Source: a virus (Duplodnaviria > Caudoviricetes). Taken from it: a stretch of 32,590 nucleotides of DNA. Shown piece after piece: positions 28,005-32,590 of the stretch. How positions within the stretch are numbered: the stretch's first letter is position 1; every line of letters starts with the position of its first letter. The notes beneath the pieces were generated by a model. It made no database searches. It was not told where the DNA came from and was given only the letters and a program-made list of their open reading frames with translations. Made by a program: the position numbers and the translations under genes. The stretch covers positions 1 to 32,590 of the IMG/VR virus record IMGVR_UViG_3300014169_000017; one strand, written 5' to 3'.

Positions 28005-28507
28005 TTGTTCCTGGCAGCATGATCGAAAGTGGCCTGTACCTCTGGGCGACGACGAATCCCAATATTACGAAGTTCATGGGAAACGCCGACTCCCAGAGGA
28101 TCAAGGCTCCAACCTCGTTCTATTACTCATTCCTGCCCAAGCAGCCCGTGCTGCCGGGCATCATCCTTGACCGGCTGAAATCGCCCTATGCCTCGGAAAC
28201 TCTGGATCCTGGCACAAGGTTGCCGGGCTATCAAATCGAAGGCAAGTTCCAGCTTGGCTCGGTGGATAACATCGTCTCGGAAGGTCCAGCGGGATCCGAC
28301 GGGTACCTCTCGTGTGCCATGCTTTCGCAGGCGCTTCGGCGCGAGCTGCTCAACCTGGCGACCGGCAATGCGACGCTGCCGGATGGAACCATCATTGACG
28401 ATGTGATGATCGAAGATGAATACGACGCGCACTATGAAGTGGGCGGCCTCGGGTATCTCTGCCGGCGCGTGCTGCTCGTAACTCTGCTGTTTAAGGAAAT
28501 CGCGTGA
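28001..28507 (+). CDS. Probable tail completion/terminator protein (DUF3168-like)
   Basis: ATGA overlap; MIESGLY.., Y...LP..P.LP.I; position before the tail tube genes. Confidence 0.6.
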   Translation: MIVPGSMIESGLYLWATTNPNITKFMGNADSQRIKAPTSFYYSFLPKQPVLPGIILDRLKSPYASETLDPGTRLPGYQIEGKFQLGSVDNIVSEGPAGSDGYLSCAMLSQALRRELLNLATGNATLPDGTIIDDVMIEDEYDAHYEVGGLGYLCRRVLLVTLLFKEIA

Positions 28508-28971
28508 TCCCTGTCGCATATCGAGGCCGCGGTACCATCCTCGAAGTGTCTCTTGACCAAGCGGTCTGGCGGCCGGTCGCGCAGCTCCAGCAATTCGAGC
28601 CCACGGGTTCAAAGCAGTCGATCGCGGATCAGACGAACCTGTCCTCGCCGGGTGACTTCACGCAACACATGCCGCTGCAGGTGGACGCGGGCTCGCTCTC
28701 GCTGGCCGGCATCCTGAATCCGACCGACACGTCTTACACGGTGCTGGCGGAGATCCATGCCGGGCTGCTCACGGCGTTCTTTCGCGCGACGCTCATTGAC
28801 GGCTCGTGTTTCAATTTCGAGGCATCCGTCAGCGACTTTAAGCCGTTCAGCGCGAAGTGGAATAAGCTCTACGTCTGGTCGGCGACGCTCAAAATCACTG
28901 GCGGATTGCAGGGGCCAAGCGGAGCATTCCAGCAGGACGGATTCGACTCGGCGGCCTATCAAGACTTTTAG
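28504..28971 (+). CDS. Tail tube protein paralogue 1
   Basis: GTGA overlap; YRGRGT.L, D.T.LSSP..F....P...DAG..S, LIDGS...F.A.V..F, SATLKITG. Confidence 0.8.
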   Translation: MIPVAYRGRGTILEVSLDQAVWRPVAQLQQFEPTGSKQSIADQTNLSSPGDFTQHMPLQVDAGSLSLAGILNPTDTSYTVLAEIHAGLLTAFFRATLIDGSCFNFEASVSDFKPFSAKWNKLYVWSATLKITGGLQGPSGAFQQDGFDSAAYQDF

Positions 28972-28998
28972 CTTGTAAATTCAACAAGGAGCAAACCC

Positions 28999-29517
28999 AT
29001 GAAGATGTTTTTGCAACTGATGTTCCGCGTCTACCTGCTGCCGCTGCTCGGGCAGTTCTTCGCCAACCCGGTCGGCTATGCGGGCCGCGGCACGATCATC
29101 GGTTTCACGCCGACTCCGGTCACGGGCGCGAGCGTGTATCAGACCATGCCCCAGCTCGAGAAGTTCGAGCGTTCGGGCACGAAGGTCGATTTTGACGATG
29201 CGACCTGTCTGGACTCTCCGGGCAACAATAAGTTCCCGATCCCCATCGTCGTTGACAATGGCAAGTATTCGGCGGAAGGCGTGTTCGATCCCCAGAATGC
29301 GGGCATCGTCGCGCTGCTCGGCCCTTTGCAGGCCATGTTGCAGCTCGGTTACAAAATCACCCTGATTGACGGTTCGACGTTCACCGGCCTCTGCTACGTC
29401 TCGCAGTTTGAGGTGCCGAAGGTCGACCGTTACAAGGTGAACCGTTTCAGCTTCGAAGTTACGATTTTCGGAGTCGAGACGCTCACCCCACAGGGCGCGA
29501 CTGCCATCGCGGAGTAG
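28999..29517 (+). CDS. Tail tube protein paralogue 2 with hydrophobic N-terminal extension
   Basis: SD AAGGAG; YAGRGT, D.T.LDSP..K..IP...DNG, LIDGST.....YV..F, F.F.VTIFG. Confidence 0.8.
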   Translation: MKMFLQLMFRVYLLPLLGQFFANPVGYAGRGTIIGFTPTPVTGASVYQTMPQLEKFERSGTKVDFDDATCLDSPGNNKFPIPIVVDNGKYSAEGVFDPQNAGIVALLGPLQAMLQLGYKITLIDGSTFTGLCYVSQFEVPKVDRYKVNRFSFEVTIFGVETLTPQGATAIAE

Positions 29518-29540
29518 CCCGTCACGGATCATGGGCCATA

Positions 29541-29569
29541 GGGACGGATGGGGCTTCCCCATTCGTCCC
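29541..29569 (+). promoter_or_regulatory. 13-bp GC-rich hairpin after the tail tube gene
   Basis: GGGACGGATGGGG[CTT]CCCCATTCGTCCC; no U tract. Confidence 0.55.
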
Positions 29570-29604
29570 GCTCCTGCTACTATGCGCGCGAAGGAGATCA
29601 CCCA

Positions 29605-30000
29605 ATGAAATTCGCTTCACTCGTCGCCGCGCTCACCATTGGCCTGTTGTGCGGGCTCACCGTCAACACTGCCGTAAACGCCCAGCGCGTCACGGACAAA
29701 AATACGGTCGACCGCCAGAAGGCGATCGACGACTTCACGGATGGCAGGGCCACTACCAAAGTGGATTCCCCTCTGGTTCCTACCCAAGCCCAGCTCTACC
29801 GGATGCAGGCCGCGCAGCAAGCCTTTTTCCGGTGGCAGGATAAAGTCAACGAATCGCTGCAAGCCTTCTATGCCGCGTGCCAGGCGGCGCAGAACGAAAA
29901 CAAATGGCCGGATGTGGTCTGCCACATCGAGAACCTAACCATCACCCTGAAAGATCAGCCGCCACAACCGGCGGCCAAACCGGAGGCGCCGGCGAAATGA
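29605..30000 (+). CDS. Small secreted-type helical protein (131 aa)
   Basis: SD AAGGAG; MKFASLVAALTIGLLCGLTVNTAVNA|Q. Confidence 0.75.
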   Translation: MKFASLVAALTIGLLCGLTVNTAVNAQRVTDKNTVDRQKAIDDFTDGRATTKVDSPLVPTQAQLYRMQAAQQAFFRWQDKVNESLQAFYAACQAAQNENKWPDVVCHIENLTITLKDQPPQPAAKPEAPAK

Positions 30001-30656
30001 CCGCCCTCGAGGAAACCATTGTCGGACCGCCTGTCACTGTCAAGCTCGGCGGCAAGGAATATCCCCTTGCCTACCCGATGCAAGCCATCATCATCTACAA
30101 AATTGAAACCGCCAAGGTCGATCGGCGGCGAACCGAAGATCGTCCCAGGCTCGAGCGCGAGCTGGTACGCAAGATGCGCCGCGATCGTAAAGAGCTGCTC
30201 CGGCGGTCGCAAGAGCTGTTCGCCAAAAAGGACAAGACGCCAGAGGAACAAGAGGAATTCGAGTGGCTCCGCAGCGAAGCGAGCGCCATCAAGCGCGAAC
30301 TCGATGAGGACGCCGGCAACGGCGATAGCCTCTTTGACCTCTACAATTGGGACAAAATCAGCCCCGAGGAAGATCCACAGCGGCTATTACTCGCGCTCTG
30401 GGTGGGCCTGCATTACTTCGACGAGGCACGCGTCTATGTGCCAGCCCTGACCGTCCAACAGCTCGGCCCACTGATCACGCCCGGCAATGCCAGCGAATTG
30501 CTGCTGGCCGTCTCCCAGGCGCTCTCGCAGCATATTCTTTCGCAGCGTGAGCCCGAGGTACCGGACCCAAACGCCCAGACGCCGGAGCTCCCGGCGCTGA
30601 CGGACCCGCCCCCGGAGATGACGCGGCCGACGATGAAGCCGAAGGCGAGGCATTAG
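29997..30656 (+). CDS. Tail assembly chaperone (gpG-like)
   Basis: ATGA overlap; V.VKLGGKEYPL.Y; lies between tube and tape measure; slippery site near 3' end. Confidence 0.75.
   Translation: MTALEETIVGPPVTVKLGGKEYPLAYPMQAIIIYKIETAKVDRRRTEDRPRLERELVRKMRRDRKELLRRSQELFAKKDKTPEEQEEFEWLRSEASAIKRELDEDAGNGDSLFDLYNWDKISPEEDPQRLLLALWVGLHYFDEARVYVPALTVQQLGPLITPGNASELLLAVSQALSQHILSQREPEVPDPNAQTPELPALTDPPPEMTRPTMKPKARH
30566..30572 (+). other. Programmed -1 ribosomal frameshift site C CCA AAC
   Basis: X XXY YYZ heptamer in the G frame; -1 frame open from 30566 to 31003. Confidence 0.8.
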
Positions 30657-31003
30657 ATCCCATCCCGCGCATCTGGTCGATTGCGCGGGTGGATCTTCGG
30701 TTGTCCGACCATGAATTTCTCAGCATGTACCCGGCGGCCCTCGAGCTCCTCATGGACCGCTTGGCCGTGCGCGATCGTAAGATGCTCACCGGCTCGGCCA
30801 TGGTCTGCGCGGAACAATGGAACATCGCGCGGGACCGCGCGGCTCACCCGGAATCGTTCACCGCGGCGGACTTCCTTCCCGAGACTCGAGAGATGCGGCG
30901 CCAGCGACTCCAGGCAGAGGCCGATGCTATGAAACCGCCTTCGCCCGACGCACTCGCGGCGTGGAAAGCGCAATTTGTGTCGATCGGCAAGACCAAATCC
31001 TGA
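30566..31003 (+). CDS. gpT portion of the G-T frameshift fusion chaperone
   Basis: -1 frame reads PKRPDAG...IWSIARVDLRLSDHEFLSMYP, a typical GT motif. Confidence 0.8.
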   Translation, partial: PKRPDAGAPGADGPAPGDDAADDEAEGEALDPIPRIWSIARVDLRLSDHEFLSMYPAALELLMDRLAVRDRKMLTGSAMVCAEQWNIARDRAAHPESFTAADFLPETREMRRQRLQAEADAMKPPSPDALAAWKAQFVSIGKTKS

Positions 31004-31017
31004 GAGGAGCATTTATC

Positions 31018-31215
31018 ATGGCAACCGCAAAGAAACGTCCAGCCAAGCGGCAACACCGCATCCACATCCGAAAGGTGACCCACGTGCCCGAGGAAAACAA
31101 GCATGAGGTCGTCCTCGACGTCCACGATGCCATAACCCCGCCCGAGGTGGCTGTGCCGGAGACGGTCGACGCCCCGGAACACAAGCACTGGTACGATTGG
31201 CTATTGAGCAGATAG
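31018..31215 (+). CDS. Hypothetical 65-aa protein (basic N-terminus, acidic middle)
   Basis: SD GAGGAG before ATG 31018. Confidence 0.65.
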   Translation: MATAKKRPAKRQHRIHIRKVTHVPEENKHEVVLDVHDAITPPEVAVPETVDAPEHKHWYDWLLSR

Positions 31216-31237
31216 CTCCCGCGAATCGACCGCCGAT

Positions 31238-31849
31238 ATGCCGCAAATCAACCTCCAATTCGAAATCGCCGGCCTGCCGGAGCTCAACAACAACCTCGAC
31301 AAAATCGCGGTTGTCGTGGCCACTCCGATCGCGCGCGAAGCGCTGCAGGCTGGCGGTGCGGTCATCAAGGCGGAAGCGGAGCGGGAAGTACATCGCCTGA
31401 CTGGCGCTCTGGCCGCGGACATCATTGTCGTCACCCGCGTCAGTGAAGGCTCGATGGCATCGGACCGGATCAGCAAGCCCGGCGAAAAGTATGTGCTCAT
31501 CGGTCCCGCATGGAACCCGGATAACTATCGCCGGGTGGCCACGCGCCGGCGGGCGGAGAGTCGGGAAGCGGCGCCAGACCAAACCACCAACCCCGGCGTC
31601 TATGGCTATTTCCTCGAAGTGGGCCATCGCGCGCCCGGTCAAGGTCTGGCGAACAATGCCCAATATCAACGCGATGCGCGGCATGCCCGCAGGCAGGGCA
31701 AGCGCGTCGACACAAGCAAATACGGTCACCTCTCGACTCCGCCCTACCCGTGGCTGGGACCGTCGTTTGAAGCGACCAAAGACATCGCCGTCGAGCGCGT
31801 GGCCGACGTCATCATGCGTCGGCTGGACGCGCTGCACATTGCTTACTAG
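31238..31849 (+). CDS. HK97 gp10-family tail/neck component
   Basis: I.GL.EL...L, AL.AGG.VI...A, TG.L...I, Y..FLEVGH, P.PWL.P.FE. Confidence 0.85.
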   Translation: MPQINLQFEIAGLPELNNNLDKIAVVVATPIAREALQAGGAVIKAEAEREVHRLTGALAADIIVVTRVSEGSMASDRISKPGEKYVLIGPAWNPDNYRRVATRRRAESREAAPDQTTNPGVYGYFLEVGHRAPGQGLANNAQYQRDARHARRQGKRVDTSKYGHLSTPPYPWLGPSFEATKDIAVERVADVIMRRLDALHIAY

Positions 31850-31858
31850 GAGACTCCC

Positions 31859-32590
31859 TTGTCTGGCTTAAACGTTGGAACGATGTCCGCCCGGCTGGGA
31901 CTGGACCCGTCCGAATTCCTCGAGAAGATGAAAGGCGTACAGGGTTACAACGCCTTCATGTCCGCAGAGATGCGGCGCGAGTGGAAGCAGACAGGCCGCG
32001 ACGGTCAAGAAGGACTCCGCCTCATCGACGAAGCGCTCGGGATCCACGTCGCGCGCCCCGTCGCCCGCATCATTTCCGAAACCTTCCCGGCTCTCTCCCG
32101 CGCAATCTCCGGCGTCCTGGGCGGCGTCGCCGTCGGCGCGATCGGCATTGCTCTATTCGAGTTTGCCGAACACGTCAGCAAGAAGATGGAGGAAGCAAAG
32201 AGACAGGTTGACGAATACAACGAGTCGGTCCGGCACCTCGAGACGATCAGCGGCGAGGCTCGTGTCGCATATGAGAAAGACATCGACTCGCAGCGCGCCA
32301 AGCTCGCGCTCCTGCATGGCGACCTGAAAACCGCGTATCAGTTCAAGATCGCGGAGATTGACGCCGAATCGATTCGGACCCTAGCGAAAAACTTTAACGA
32401 TGTCGCCGAAGCGGAAAACAAGGTCGCGGAGAAGGCGCAAGAGATGCGGGGCGTCGGCCATGAAATCTGGTATGGCTGGAGCCTATGGTGGCACGATCTC
32501 ACAACATCCGACGCCGATGCGCGAATTGAACAAATCAACAAGCAGGGAATCGAGCTGAGCAGAACCTTCGCCGACCTGCAGGCACAGCAC
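31859..32590 (+). CDS. Tape measure protein, N-terminal part (runs off the window)
   Basis: SD AGGAG + TTG; MSGLNVGTMSARLGLDPSEF..; open to the window end, helical with a hydrophobic segment; absent from the ORF track because it has no stop. Confidence 0.8.
   Translation, partial: MSGLNVGTMSARLGLDPSEFLEKMKGVQGYNAFMSAEMRREWKQTGRDGQEGLRLIDEALGIHVARPVARIISETFPALSRAISGVLGGVAVGAIGIALFEFAEHVSKKMEEAKRQVDEYNESVRHLETISGEARVAYEKDIDSQRAKLALLHGDLKTAYQFKIAEIDAESIRTLAKNFNDVAEAENKVAEKAQEMRGVGHEIWYGWSLWWHDLTTSDADARIEQINKQGIELSRTFADLQAQH

Larger units (their letters stand above)
1..32590 (+). mobile_element. Tailed phage/prophage late (morphogenesis + lysis) region, HK97-like head and siphovirus-type tail; continues beyond both window ends
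   Basis: Co-oriented terminase-portal-protease-capsid-neck-tail tube-chaperone-tape measure genes; no sheath gene seen. Confidence 0.95.

Overview
The window is the virion-morphogenesis operon of a high-GC, HK97-type long-tailed (sipho-like) phage or prophage. All credible genes lie on the + strand, many joined by overlapping stop/start codons. Order: terS, terL, portal, S49 prohead protease, major capsid, neck proteins, about 15 kb of giant fibre/adhesin-like genes, lysis cassette, papain-like protease, tail terminator, two tail-tube paralogues, frameshifted tail chaperone G/GT, HK97 gp10-like protein and the start of the tape measure gene. Two features stand out. (1) terL is split at the ATPase/nuclease boundary by a ~205-nt structured insert whose ends base-pair, and removing it exactly restores one reading frame. 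(2) Many late-operon proteins carry Sec-type signal peptides, including three 1,300-1,800 aa Cys-rich proteins with fibre/adhesin-type modules, which suggests exported virion appendages or phage-encoded surface adhesins. The host may be Acidobacteriota-like (inference only). No CRISPR array, tRNA, rRNA or transposase was seen. All family assignments come from motif recognition by eye, not database searches.
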